Source: Negativicutes bacterium
Lineage (GTDB): Bacteria > Bacillota > Negativicutes > UBA1444
Length of the DNA: 64,000 bases
NCBI GenBank assembly: GCA_963665275.2
Contig: CAXXIN010000001.1
Coordinates: 96,001 to 160,000, forward strand
Direction: 5' to 3'
Position 1 is the stretch's first letter. Each line of letters starts with the position of its first letter. A program made the translations under genes and the position numbers. The notes beneath the pieces were generated by a model. It did no database searches and was not told where the DNA came from. It saw nothing but the letters and a program-made list of their open reading frames with translations. Shown piece after piece: positions 38,539 through 48,300 of this stretch.

Positions 38539-39345
38539 GTGTTATTGAAAGAGATACAGGAAAAAATCAATAATTTTGTTTTGACCAGTCCGAAAAATAT
38601 CGTTGAAGAGCTTGAGGCGCTATCGACAGTGCCTACTTCTTCTGAGCGAATGCAGATATGGGATTTGCCATTAGTGGGAGTAGCCAGCGCCAAAGATTCG
38701 TTATGGGACACTTATAAACAGCCCGATGTCATCGGACCCCGCCATATGTCACCCGAGGAATGGTTGGCGGGAGCACAGTCGGTCATTTCATATTTTTTGC
38801 CCTACACCAAAAGGATTCGCGAAGCGAATCGGATCAAGAACGAGACCGCTACAGAATGGCTTTATGGTCGTTGGGAAGGAGAATTGTTCAGCGAAGCCTT
38901 GCGCAAATATATTGTGGAATTCGTTGAAGCCTCTGGCGGTCATGCGCTGGCGCCCGTTCTGGACAAACGCTTTGGAGTTATCGACTTGCGAGCGAATTGG
39001 TCGGAGCGGCATGCTGCGTTTGCAGCAGGCCTGGGTACTTTTAGCTTGAGCCGATCAATGATTACCAGTCTGGGATCGGCCGGCCGATTTGGCAGCGTGA
39101 TCGTTGATGTCTTATTGGAACCTACACAGCGCGCCTATTCGCGAGTCGATGAATACTGTATAAAATGCATGGCCTGTGCCAGACGTTGCCCACCTCAAGC
39201 CATTGATGAAACAGGCAAGGATAATGAAATTTGCAAGGTACATGTAGGAAAAGAGAAAGTAAAGTATAATCCGCGCTACGGATGCGCCAAATGCCAGGCG
39301 GGAGTACCTTGTGAAGATAAGATCCCCCGTAGAGCGATGAAGTGA
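38539..39345 (+). CDS. Epoxyqueuosine-reductase-like 4Fe-4S protein
   Basis: WSERHAAFAAGLG, GR.GS, CIKCMACARRCP, C.KCQ..VPC. GTG at 38539 after GAGGTGA. Confidence 0.8.
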   Translation: MLLKEIQEKINNFVLTSPKNIVEELEALSTVPTSSERMQIWDLPLVGVASAKDSLWDTYKQPDVIGPRHMSPEEWLAGAQSVISYFLPYTKRIREANRIKNETATEWLYGRWEGELFSEALRKYIVEFVEASGGHALAPVLDKRFGVIDLRANWSERHAAFAAGLGTFSLSRSMITSLGSAGRFGSVIVDVLLEPTQRAYSRVDEYCIKCMACARRCPPQAIDETGKDNEICKVHVGKEKVKYNPRYGCAKCQAGVPCEDKIPRRAMK

Positions 39346-39390
39346 TAAGCATAAAGAATAGGCTGCATGATTCTCCTTTCTTCGTGAAAA

Positions 39391-39432
39391 AAAACACTCC
39401 CGGCTATCTTTCACTATAGCTGGGAGTGTTTT
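39391..39432. terminator. Bidirectional terminator
   Basis: AAAACACTCCCGGCTAT / ATAGCTGGGAGTGTTTT between convergent genes. Confidence 0.8.
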
Positions 39433-39479
39433 TGTCTAAAGTCTAAGCCCGCTTTTCAAAATGGATATGTTATGGGTGA

Positions 39480-40445
39480 TTAAAAAACGTTGACTACCCT
39501 TTGGGAAATTTCTTGGGCATCTTTAATCATATTGTCGATGATCTCTTTTACTGTCGGAATGTCGTTGAATAATCCAACGCATTGTCCCATCGGGAGGGCG
39601 GCGCCTTCCATGATGCCTTCAGTAAAGGCCTTGCGACCGCGACCGCCGCCGATATACGGCAGGAGTTCTTTTAAAGTAGCCCCGGACTGCTCCAGACCCA
39701 AGATTAAATGAGCATGGTCGTTGCTGACGCAACGGAAAGCGTTGCGGATGGAGCGCTGGATAATCATGGTGTCGGTTTCTTTGGCTTGCGACATCCAGTC
39801 TTTGATATTTTGATGAATTATGCATTCTTGAGTCGCCATGAAGCGAGTTGCCATGAGAACTCCGTCGGCGCCCAGAGCCAATGCTGCCGCCAAACCGCGG
39901 CCGTCACAGATGCCGCCGGCGGCGATTACCGGGATCTTCAGCTCCTGAATAGTCTTGGGGAGGTTGACAAAGGTGCCCACCTGATCGAGTCCGGGGTGTC
40001 CTGCGGCTTCGTATCCGACCAAAATGACGGCGTCCACTCCGAGCCCTTCGACTTTTTTGGCGAAGCGGGCGGCGGTTACTTTGTGGAGAACCTTGACGCC
40101 GGCTGCCTTAAATTTTGGCAGAAATTCATCCGGGCTGCGTCCGGCCGTTTCGACAACCGGTATTTTTTCCTCGATGACAGCATCGATGAAATCCAGCGTC
40201 AGTTCGCCTTTGACAACTTCCGGCAGCATGGAAATATTTACGCCGATCGGTTTATCAGTCAGGGCTCTGGCTTTGCGGATTTCGCTGACCAATTCTTCTT
40301 TGCTGCAGAAGGATGCGGCCGTGATAAAACCCAGACCGCCAGCGTTGGATACTGCCGCGGCAAGTTCGGCGCGAGAAAGCCATTGCATGCCCCCGCATAA
40401 AATTGGATACTGGATTCCTAGCAGTTCTGTAATACGTGTTTTCAT
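39480..40445 (-). CDS. Nitronate monooxygenase / FabK-like flavin oxidoreductase
   Basis: YPILCGGM, VSNAGGLG, EAAGH, IAAGGI.DG, GADGV.M.TRF. Confidence 0.88.
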   Translation of the reverse strand: MKTRITELLGIQYPILCGGMQWLSRAELAAAVSNAGGLGFITAASFCSKEELVSEIRKARALTDKPIGVNISMLPEVVKGELTLDFIDAVIEEKIPVVETAGRSPDEFLPKFKAAGVKVLHKVTAARFAKKVEGLGVDAVILVGYEAAGHPGLDQVGTFVNLPKTIQELKIPVIAAGGICDGRGLAAALALGADGVLMATRFMATQECIIHQNIKDWMSQAKETDTMIIQRSIRNAFRCVSNDHAHLILGLEQSGATLKELLPYIGGGRGRKAFTEGIMEGAALPMGQCVGLFNDIPTVKEIIDNMIKDAQEISQRVVNVF

Positions 40446-40483
40446 TGAAGTCACTCCTTTGAATTTTTTGAAAAAATTTTCTT

Positions 40484-41818
40484 TTATTTGAGGCCTAAAC
40501 TCGCTAAGAATAGGCCGGCAAATACTGCAATCCCCGGAATGAGGAGTCCAATCACGAAATAGTGAAGATATACGTCCGAGATTTTTACGCGGATAATCGT
40601 TACCAAGTTGAATATTCCGCCGTTGTGGGGAAGTAAAGCCATGAATCCTGAAGAAGCCGCCAGTCTGTGGGCGATGGAAGCATCGACGAGCGGAGCGACT
40701 TCTACGGCGATGGCGTTGAGGCCAATGGTTGTTCCGGCTGAAGACGAGCCTGTGATACCGGAAGCAATGGCGATTAACACGATCATGTGGAAGAGCGGCG
40801 ACCCGGGCATGGCAGCAAGGGCTGACAAAATTACTTTAAACCCGGGAGCAACAGCGATTGCTCCGCCGAAACCCACAGCGGAACAAATCGAGAGAATCGG
40901 ATTGAATCCATTGACTGTTCCTTCGTTGATCGACTTGGTAAGGCTCGTAAATTCGCCGCGGAACAAGAGATAGGTGACCAACGTTCCCGCCAACAAAGCG
41001 TAGACAGGATCCAGGTGAAAAACGTTCATGATAATAATCGGGACGGCCAACGGGAGCAGACATTTCCACATCGGGTGGATTGTTCTTTCCTGCGCTTGCG
41101 GCTGTCCGCCGCCGGAAGAGGCGATATACGCTTCAATCCCTTTGGCTGTGTCGATATAATGTTCGTTCTTTCCTTTCGATCGATTTACTGCAAACATAAT
41201 ATAGAGGATGGCAAGCCCGACTGTGATAATCGCCATTGCGAAGCCAAGTAACGGCGCAGACATCGGATTGCTACCGAAATATTTTATGGGCAGCAGGTTC
41301 TGGATTTGCGGTGATCCCGGCAGCATTCCCATCGTGAAGGTTGCACTGCCCAAAATTGAAAAGCCGTAAAAGTGCCAGGGAATATCCAATTCCTTGAACA
41401 GATCCCGAGCGATATACATCAGCGTGAATGCTGTCACAAACAAGGCTACTCCGGCATAGGTCAACATGGCATTCAGCAGCGGGATGGTGAATGAGGCCAG
41501 AAGAATCTGGTGCTTCTTGCTGCGCTTTGCGGCAGTGGCCAGGAGTTTTCCTACTGAGTATGCGATTCCGGCGTCGGAAATGAATCGGCCAAAGAGGGCG
41601 CTGGAGACAAAAATGAGAAAGTAGCTTTTGAGAAAGCCGACAAAAGCGGTCATGTAAGGTCCCAAGAGCAACTTGAGCACATCCATGCCCGAGAAGATCC
41701 CAACCAAGGCGGTAGCTGCTGCGGAAAGCAAGTAGACATTGACCCCGCGAAGTATAAAGAAAATGTATAACGCGACTGTAATTACAATGCCAATCAGACT
41801 AATTTGCGAAGCATCCAC
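40484..41818 (-). CDS. GntP-family organic acid permease
   Basis: Multi-TM; LPGSPQIQN, GITGSSSAG, LPHNG. GTG at 41818 after AGGAGG. Confidence 0.85.
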   Translation of the reverse strand: MDASQISLIGIVITVALYIFFILRGVNVYLLSAAATALVGIFSGMDVLKLLLGPYMTAFVGFLKSYFLIFVSSALFGRFISDAGIAYSVGKLLATAAKRSKKHQILLASFTIPLLNAMLTYAGVALFVTAFTLMYIARDLFKELDIPWHFYGFSILGSATFTMGMLPGSPQIQNLLPIKYFGSNPMSAPLLGFAMAIITVGLAILYIMFAVNRSKGKNEHYIDTAKGIEAYIASSGGGQPQAQERTIHPMWKCLLPLAVPIIIMNVFHLDPVYALLAGTLVTYLLFRGEFTSLTKSINEGTVNGFNPILSICSAVGFGGAIAVAPGFKVILSALAAMPGSPLFHMIVLIAIASGITGSSSAGTTIGLNAIAVEVAPLVDASIAHRLAASSGFMALLPHNGGIFNLVTIIRVKISDVYLHYFVIGLLIPGIAVFAGLFLASLGLK

Positions 41819-41936
41819 GTAGAAGATCACCCTCCTATATAGGTTTTTTGTGTACTTATGAAAGCAAATCAAATATAGCAACTTGCAATTAAACAATCAT
41901 CTCCTTATACCGTTATTGATGAGCGTTGTTTTTTAT

Positions 41937-41952
41937 TGCAAGAAGCATGCCA
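41937..41952 (-). promoter_or_regulatory. Sigma54 -24/-12 promoter of the permease operon
   Basis: Minus strand reads TGGCATGCTTCTTGCA. Confidence 0.8.
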
Positions 41953-41998
41953 AAGATTATTGCCGTAAAAAAGCAAATGGCGGCTACTGACGGAAATA

Positions 41999-42032
41999 AA
42001 AAGCCTGCCCGATACAAAGGGGCAGGCTTTTT
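41999..42032 (-). terminator. Intrinsic terminator downstream of the sigma54 activator
   Basis: AAAAGCCTGCCC / GGGCAGGCTTTT. Confidence 0.7.
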
Positions 42033-42067
42033 ATAACATATAATAGCTCTTCAGCAGATGTTCTAAC

Positions 42068-44047
42068 CTAGTGGCTTGGCCGCTTCTCGATGTCAGCGGC
42101 CGTATCGCCGGGCAGGCTGATACGCTTGAGTTTGCGCCAAAGAGTTGTTTTGCTGATCTTGAGCAGCTGTTCGATTTTATCTTTGTCCCCACTCACGTAG
42201 CTGTTAACTTGTCCGATGATTTCAGCTTCCATTTCTTCCATGGTTCCGAGATTAACGAGAATTTTTCCGCTATTCAAGTATGCTTCGGGCAGCGTAGGCG
42301 TGGTATAAAAGGTTTGCCGGGTGACTCCCCGAATGTTGTTGAAACATTTTAATACGTCGCTATATTCGACCGTCGAGGCTTCCGTCAATGATAGCAGACG
42401 TTCGACAAAAGCTTCGATTTCACGGGTATTTCCTGGCCATTCATATTCCTTTAATACTTCAAGCGAGACGGTGCTTAGGTCTAGCTCTCTTTTGTTTTCC
42501 CGGCATTTTTTTTGACAGATTGCATGGGTTAAAGCGGGGATATCTTCGGGATGCTCGCGGAGGGGCGGGATGTATAGTTGGAGGATGTTGATCCGATAAT
42601 ACAAATCCTTGCGGAATGACCCTTTCTCTATTTCTTGGGCCAGATTTCGATTGGTTGCGCAGATGATCCGGTTGTTGATAGGAATGACCCGTGATCCCCC
42701 CAAACGAATGACTTCCTTTTCCTGAAGAACTCTTAGCAGCCTGGATTGAAGGGAGAGCGGCATATCCCCAATTTCGTCAAGAAAGATACTGCCGCCGTGC
42801 GCTAGCTCGAATAATCCGGGTTTGCCGCCTTTTTTCGCTCCGGTAAAGGCTCCTTCCTCATATCCGAACAACTCGCTTTCCAAAAGGGACTCGGACAGCG
42901 CGGCGCAATTAACGGCTACGAAGGGGCCGTTGCGCCAAGGGCTGCTGTTGTGGATGCTCTGGGCAAAGAGTTCTTTGCCGGTGCCACTTTCACCGTGGAT
43001 GATGATGTTGGAGGCGGAGGCGGCGTACTTTTTGGCGCTGATCTTCAAGTCTTGCATTAATTTACTGTTGCCGACAATATCCGAAAAAGTTGCTTTGGCA
43101 ACGAAACCTTTCTTTGTGAGTCCCTTTCTGATTTCTTGTTCAAGCTCTTGTATCTTGGTGATTCGCTGTAATTTTATGACCAGGCCCCGTTGCTTGTTGT
43201 CCGGAAATATTGGGATGCGATCCACGATGATTTTGCCGGAACCCAGAGAAACCAGTTCGTTGGCGGTGGAACTGCCATCGCCGTATAAGCTGCGTATGGT
43301 GCGATTCTTCAGCAGATGCTTTATGTTCTGACCCACTAGATCGTTTCCGGAGAATCCGGTGATTTCCTCTGCCGACTCGTTGAAGGTTTCGACGTTCTCT
43401 GCGGTATCACACACAATTACACCTTCGTGAATCGTATCTACAACGGCCTGCATCCATCGAAGCTTGTCTTTGTCTTTTTTTGCTGCATCTATAGCTTGAA
43501 CGGCAAGGTTTACGGCTTCGATAAGCTCAGCTTTTCCGAGCTGGATTTCAATGCCTTGCAGTTGTCGGGGGATTCCTCCGAGGATGCAATTGGCTTGAGT
43601 TGCTACAGCTCCGTATCCGTTCTTGATAAGGAGATCCAGAGTTGGTTCGACCTCGTCGATTTTTTCCATGGTTATTGTATCGAAGTCATAACCAAACGTA
43701 TCTCTGATCATTTCCAAATCATAAGTTTTCGTTGATCGTCGAAAGCCGACAAAAGCAACCTTGTCACTCACGGAAAAGGCTTTGTGCAACGCTTTAACCA
43801 GTTCGAAGTTCGATAGGTCGGTTCGAATGATGGGTATTTCGCCGGGGAAATTTATTCGTTCATAGAGACTGGCACTAGCGATGATGGCGTCGACGCGATA
43901 CTGATCTTGCAGCATTTTGACTTTGTCATTGATTTTTTGATTGGGGATTCCCAACCTTACCAGCAAATCATGCCCTGTTTCGAAGGATACTTCCCGGGCG
44001 ACGTCAATCATGGCGCGATTAGTTGATAGTATACCGATTCGAGCCAT
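42068..44047 (-). CDS. PrpR-like sigma54-dependent activator (PrpR_N, PAS, AAA+, HTH)
   Basis: GESGTGKE, GAFTGA, FLDEIG, WPGN.RE, SKTTLWRKL. Confidence 0.93.
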   Translation of the reverse strand: MARIGILSTNRAMIDVAREVSFETGHDLLVRLGIPNQKINDKVKMLQDQYRVDAIIASASLYERINFPGEIPIIRTDLSNFELVKALHKAFSVSDKVAFVGFRRSTKTYDLEMIRDTFGYDFDTITMEKIDEVEPTLDLLIKNGYGAVATQANCILGGIPRQLQGIEIQLGKAELIEAVNLAVQAIDAAKKDKDKLRWMQAVVDTIHEGVIVCDTAENVETFNESAEEITGFSGNDLVGQNIKHLLKNRTIRSLYGDGSSTANELVSLGSGKIIVDRIPIFPDNKQRGLVIKLQRITKIQELEQEIRKGLTKKGFVAKATFSDIVGNSKLMQDLKISAKKYAASASNIIIHGESGTGKELFAQSIHNSSPWRNGPFVAVNCAALSESLLESELFGYEEGAFTGAKKGGKPGLFELAHGGSIFLDEIGDMPLSLQSRLLRVLQEKEVIRLGGSRVIPINNRIICATNRNLAQEIEKGSFRKDLYYRINILQLYIPPLREHPEDIPALTHAICQKKCRENKRELDLSTVSLEVLKEYEWPGNTREIEAFVERLLSLTEASTVEYSDVLKCFNNIRGVTRQTFYTTPTLPEAYLNSGKILVNLGTMEEMEAEIIGQVNSYVSGDKDKIEQLLKISKTTLWRKLKRISLPGDTAADIEKRPSH

Positions 44048-44122
44048 TCTTTCACCTCTTTAATTTGTTTGTTTGAGAAGGAATGTTTCATTTCATTATT
44101 ACTATAGTTGAGAATGAGAAAA

Positions 44123-44167
44123 ATTTCAATATGAAATTTCAAAACTGAATGAATTTCATATTGAAAT
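44123..44167. promoter_or_regulatory. Pair of putative activator binding sites
   Basis: ATTTCAATATGAAAT (44123-44137) and its exact reverse complement ATTTCATATTGAAAT (44153-44167). Confidence 0.65.
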
Positions 44168-44220
44168 GAAATAATGGAATATTTATTGGCGAAATGCCTT
44201 ATGCTAGCATGAAACCGATT

Positions 44221-44236
44221 TGGCACATAAATTGCA
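44221..44236 (+). promoter_or_regulatory. Sigma54 -24/-12 promoter of the acyl-CoA operon
   Basis: TGGCACATAAATTGCA. Confidence 0.88.
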
Positions 44237-44298
44237 TAGTTGAAAAATGAAGTTGAAAAAGAATAGGAATGAAGCGGAAAAACTTTGAAAGGGGCAGA

Positions 44299-45519
44299 AT
44301 GATGGATAACGAAAAACCTTTGAGTGGTTACCGGGTGGTGGAACTGTCTACATTTATGGCGGCGCCGTCCTGCGGTAGGTTGCTTGCAGACTGGGGAGCC
44401 GAGGTCATTAAGGTGGAAACTCCGGGCGGAGACGCATTCCGTTATTTCGGGCCATCGATGGCCATGAAGGCCACAGAAGAAGAGAATCCAGCGTTTGAAT
44501 TGCTGAACACCCGCAAAAGCAGTGTGGTCATTGATTTGAAAAACGCCGAAGGCCAGAAAGTGTTCCACGATTTACTGGCAACTGCCGATGTATTCTTGAC
44601 CAACAACCGGACGGAAGCACTGGTTAAATTGCACCTCGATTATGACAGCTTGAAAGCAAAGTACCCCAAATTGATTTTTGCCTGGGTAACCGGTTTTGGC
44701 GAAAAAGGGCCGGATGTCAATCAACCTGGGTATGATGTGGTGGCATTCTGGGGCCGGACCGGATATTTGGCGGATTTGGTCGAACCAGGATCTTATCCGA
44801 TGACTTCGCCAGCCGGTGCGGGAGACAACACGGTCGGGATGTCTTTATTCGCCGGCATTTGTGCGGCGCTCCTGCGGCGGGGTCGGACCGGCAAAGGGGA
44901 AAAAATCAGTGTTTCGCTGTACGGTGCGGCCATATGGTTTGCCGGCGCGATCATCACCAGCGTCCAGGACCGTTACGGCAATGTTTATCCCAAGGAAAAA
45001 GGGATGGTCAATCCCCTGGCTCGTGCCTATCTCTGTAAAGATGGAGAGTGGATCATGCTGTCGGTTTTGGAATATGACCGGTATTGGACTACCTTCTGCA
45101 AGGCGGTTGGGCGCGATGACATCATCAACGACGAACGGTTCAACAAACGAGATAACATGGTGCAGCATAAAGCCGCTCTGGGGAAGATCATGGACGAAAC
45201 ATTCATAACCAAAACCCTTGACGAATGGATTACCATCTTACGTGCCAATGATATTGTCCATGACAAGTTGCGGCACTTTAAGGATGTGCTGAAAGACGAG
45301 CAGGCGTGGGCGAATGATTACCTTGAAAAAGTCACTTTTGCCAATGGAGCTCAGGCGGTTTTGCCTTGCACGCCCATCAAGGCGGCTGAAGAAGGTCCCT
45401 ATCCGTATGGCAGATCGCCGCTGCTTGGCGAGCATACGAAAGAAGTTCTGCGGAAGCTGGGGTATGAGGAAAGCAAGATAGAGGAACTTTGCAACCAGCA
45501 GGTAGTAAAGGGCAGATAA
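44299..45519 (+). CDS. Family III CoA-transferase, HadA/FldA-like
   Basis: VVELSTFMAAP.C...LADWGAEVIKVE, EENPAFEL.N, catalytic Asp in GAGDN. Confidence 0.9.
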   Translation: MMDNEKPLSGYRVVELSTFMAAPSCGRLLADWGAEVIKVETPGGDAFRYFGPSMAMKATEEENPAFELLNTRKSSVVIDLKNAEGQKVFHDLLATADVFLTNNRTEALVKLHLDYDSLKAKYPKLIFAWVTGFGEKGPDVNQPGYDVVAFWGRTGYLADLVEPGSYPMTSPAGAGDNTVGMSLFAGICAALLRRGRTGKGEKISVSLYGAAIWFAGAIITSVQDRYGNVYPKEKGMVNPLARAYLCKDGEWIMLSVLEYDRYWTTFCKAVGRDDIINDERFNKRDNMVQHKAALGKIMDETFITKTLDEWITILRANDIVHDKLRHFKDVLKDEQAWANDYLEKVTFANGAQAVLPCTPIKAAEEGPYPYGRSPLLGEHTKEVLRKLGYEESKIEELCNQQVVKGR

Positions 45520-45569
45520 AAACCCTTGCCGATTTTCCGTGCAATAAAGAGAGGAGGAGGAGGATTCGC

Positions 45570-46544
45570 ATGTTTAAAACCCGATTTACCGAACTCCTGA
45601 AAATAAAATATCCTATCATGCAGGGCGGGCTGCATAATTTGGGCAGGCCGGAGCTGGCCGCAGCCGTATCCAATGCAGGCTGTCTCGGAACAATCAATTT
45701 TTCCAACTATGACACTATTGAGGAGTTTCGCCAGGCGATTATAAAGACAAAAGAGCTGACTGACAAACCGTTTTGCGTCAATGTGTCTACTGCGACCCAG
45801 TCGCTTTCGCCCGGCGACAAAATGTACGAGTGTTTTGAAACGATTATTAAAGAAAAAGTGGCGGCGGTGGAAATCTCCGGTCTCATGCCGGAAACCTTTG
45901 TTCCATTGCTTAAAAATGCCGGCGTTATCATCATTCACAAAGTTCCTGCGGCGAGGTTCGCCGAAAAAGCGCAACGAGTTGGCGCCGATGCCGCCATCGT
46001 CGTTGGCATCGAGGCGGGCGGTCGTCCTTCACTGGAAGCGGTTACTACCATGGTGGTCGCCAATAAGGCGGCGCGGCTGGTAAACATTCCGATTCTTGCG
46101 GCCGGCGGCATCGCCGACGGTAAGGGACTGGTAGCCGCCCTGGCGCTGGGAGCCGACGGCGTTGTCATGGGTACGCGGTTTATTGCCACGAAAGAATGCG
46201 CTGTTCACCAAAACTTTAAAGAGATGTATGTCAAGGCGTCGGAGAAAGATACCGTTCTTGTTCAGCGCAGCATTCAGAATCAAATGCGGATGATGGCGAA
46301 CGATGTCACCCGGCAAAGCGATGAGATGGAAAAACAGGGCGCCAGCCGGGAAGAACTGATGTCGCTCCTCACCACGGAAAAGACTCGAAGGTGCCATGCC
46401 AACGGAGATATAAACGGCGTAATGTTCGCCACGGGGCAATCGGTTGGCTTGGTTAATGATATCAAGCCGGCGAAAGAAGTAATTGATGATATTATTCAGG
46501 AGGCGCAATCGGTGATGGAGCGTCTCAATGAACTGAACCGATAG
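45570..46544 (+). CDS. Nitronate monooxygenase / FabK-like flavoprotein (catalytic His replaced by Arg)
   Basis: YPIMQGG, AAGGIADG, GTRF; EAGGR instead of EAGGH. Confidence 0.85.
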   Translation: MFKTRFTELLKIKYPIMQGGLHNLGRPELAAAVSNAGCLGTINFSNYDTIEEFRQAIIKTKELTDKPFCVNVSTATQSLSPGDKMYECFETIIKEKVAAVEISGLMPETFVPLLKNAGVIIIHKVPAARFAEKAQRVGADAAIVVGIEAGGRPSLEAVTTMVVANKAARLVNIPILAAGGIADGKGLVAALALGADGVVMGTRFIATKECAVHQNFKEMYVKASEKDTVLVQRSIQNQMRMMANDVTRQSDEMEKQGASREELMSLLTTEKTRRCHANGDINGVMFATGQSVGLVNDIKPAKEVIDDIIQEAQSVMERLNELNR

Positions 46545-46593
46545 CCTTTGAATGGTTTATAAATGAAAATAATGAATTTGGAGAGTGGAAAAA

Positions 46594-47754
46594 ATGAAAA
46601 AAGCAGTAATCGTCTCAGCGGTTCGTACGGCCATAGGAAAGCATGCAGGACAATGGGCGAAGGTGCCATCGGAAAAGTTGGCGGCTTGCGCCATCAAAGA
46701 AGCCGTTCGTCGTTCCGGCATTGACCCGATGGAAATCGAAGATGTCATCATGGGTAATATTTACGGGCCCCACGGGAATCATGCCCGGCTTGCGGCGCTC
46801 ATGGCAGGCCTGCCGATCGAATGCGGCGCAACCACGGTCGACCGTCAGTGCGGCTCAGGAACACAGGCGATCGTGAATGCGGCGATGAACATCATGACCG
46901 GAAACGGTGACGTATTCGTCGCTTGCGGTGTGGAACACATGACCCTGACTCCTTACCAGATGGAAAAACCAGCCGCTGCCTATTCCTGGGCGCCACCAAA
47001 ATTCTTGGCGACCCGGCTTTCTACAGATGAGATCGGGAATCCTCCGATGCCGGTAACTGCAGATACATTAGCTGCAAGGCACGGGGTTACCCGTCAGGAC
47101 TGTGATGAATGGGCGTTGATTTCCCACCAGCGGGCAGCCAAAGCTATTAAAGCAGGGGTATATAAAGATCAGATTGTGCCCATCGAAGTAAAAACAAAGG
47201 GCGGAATGGCAATGGTCGATACCGATGAATGCATTCGCTATGATATTTCCATTGAAGCGATGCAAAAACTGGCGCCGCTTTTTCCCGGCGGAGTCACAAC
47301 AGCCGGAAATGCCTGCCCACGTTCTGACGGTGCCGGCGCGTTGGTGATGATGTCGGAAGAAAAAGCCAAGGCATTGGGACTGAAACCTTTGGCCAGCGTC
47401 AAGAGTTTCGGCGTATCAGGTGTGGACCCCAACATCATGGGATATGGTCCGGTTCCCTCGACGCAAAAAGCTCTCAAACGGGCTGGCCTGACGGTGAAGG
47501 ACCTCGGCGTCATTGAAATGAACGAAGCTTTTGCGGGACAGTTCATTCCCTGCATGCGCGAATTGCAGTTTGATCCGGAAAGAGTCAATCCAAATGGCGG
47601 CGCCATCGCTATGGGACATCCCTTGGGCGGGACTGGAGCAGTGCTGACAACGAAGCTCGTTTACGAAATGATCGCCAAAGACTACCAGTTCGGATTGGTG
47701 ACCATGTGTATCGGTGGCGGCCAGGGTATGGCGACGATTTTTGAACGCTATTAA
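46594..47754 (+). CDS. Thiolase (acetyl-CoA acyltransferase)
   Basis: RQCGSG, NEAF, GHPLG.TG, CIGGGQG. Confidence 0.95.
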   Translation: MKKAVIVSAVRTAIGKHAGQWAKVPSEKLAACAIKEAVRRSGIDPMEIEDVIMGNIYGPHGNHARLAALMAGLPIECGATTVDRQCGSGTQAIVNAAMNIMTGNGDVFVACGVEHMTLTPYQMEKPAAAYSWAPPKFLATRLSTDEIGNPPMPVTADTLAARHGVTRQDCDEWALISHQRAAKAIKAGVYKDQIVPIEVKTKGGMAMVDTDECIRYDISIEAMQKLAPLFPGGVTTAGNACPRSDGAGALVMMSEEKAKALGLKPLASVKSFGVSGVDPNIMGYGPVPSTQKALKRAGLTVKDLGVIEMNEAFAGQFIPCMRELQFDPERVNPNGGAIAMGHPLGGTGAVLTTKLVYEMIAKDYQFGLVTMCIGGGQGMATIFERY

Positions 47755-47798
47755 TTCATCAGGTAGTGTGCAACGCTAAAAATGAGGGGGCTTTTATA

Positions 47799-48266
47799 AT
47801 GGAAAATTCGACAATTGATTATGAAAAAATCAAGGCGAAGTTTCAAAATCCCAAAATCAAGTGGGTCGCGATGAGCGGGATTTACCCGGAAATTATGGAG
47901 GAACGCCACTCGCGCCTGGTTATGCCGCTGGGGGATTTGCATGTCAACCATGTCGGAACGGCCTATGCCGGCTCGATTTTTGTATTGGCCGAGATGAGCA
48001 TTGCGGCGATCATCTATTGCACCTACGGGACGGATAAGTATGTGCCCATCGTGAGTCGCTTCGAAATCGACTATATCAAACCCGCGACCAAGGACATCGT
48101 TGTCGACATGCGGTTGACGGCGGAAGAGGCGGCGGAAAAAATCAAGCCGATCGAAGAAAGAGGCAAAGGGCGGATGACGCTGATTCTGCCGGTGACGGAT
48201 ATTGATGGCAATGAAATCGCACGGGGTGTAGCCACGGCCTATCTGTTGCCCGCGGGCGGAAAATAA
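47799..48266 (+). CDS. Hotdog-fold thioesterase (PaaI/YiiD/DUF4442-like)
   Basis: NHVGTAYAGSIF.LAE, IDYIKPA. Confidence 0.8.
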   Translation: MENSTIDYEKIKAKFQNPKIKWVAMSGIYPEIMEERHSRLVMPLGDLHVNHVGTAYAGSIFVLAEMSIAAIIYCTYGTDKYVPIVSRFEIDYIKPATKDIVVDMRLTAEEAAEKIKPIEERGKGRMTLILPVTDIDGNEIARGVATAYLLPAGGK

Positions 48267-48300
48267 TCGCAAAGCTGCGAAAACCCAATAAATTGGAGGT

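Noticed and set aside
41819-41896. 26-aa N-terminal extension of the GntP permease (and similar extensions on iclR, GH63 and fixA)
   Set aside because: Downstream starts with good RBSs match the expected family N-termini better.
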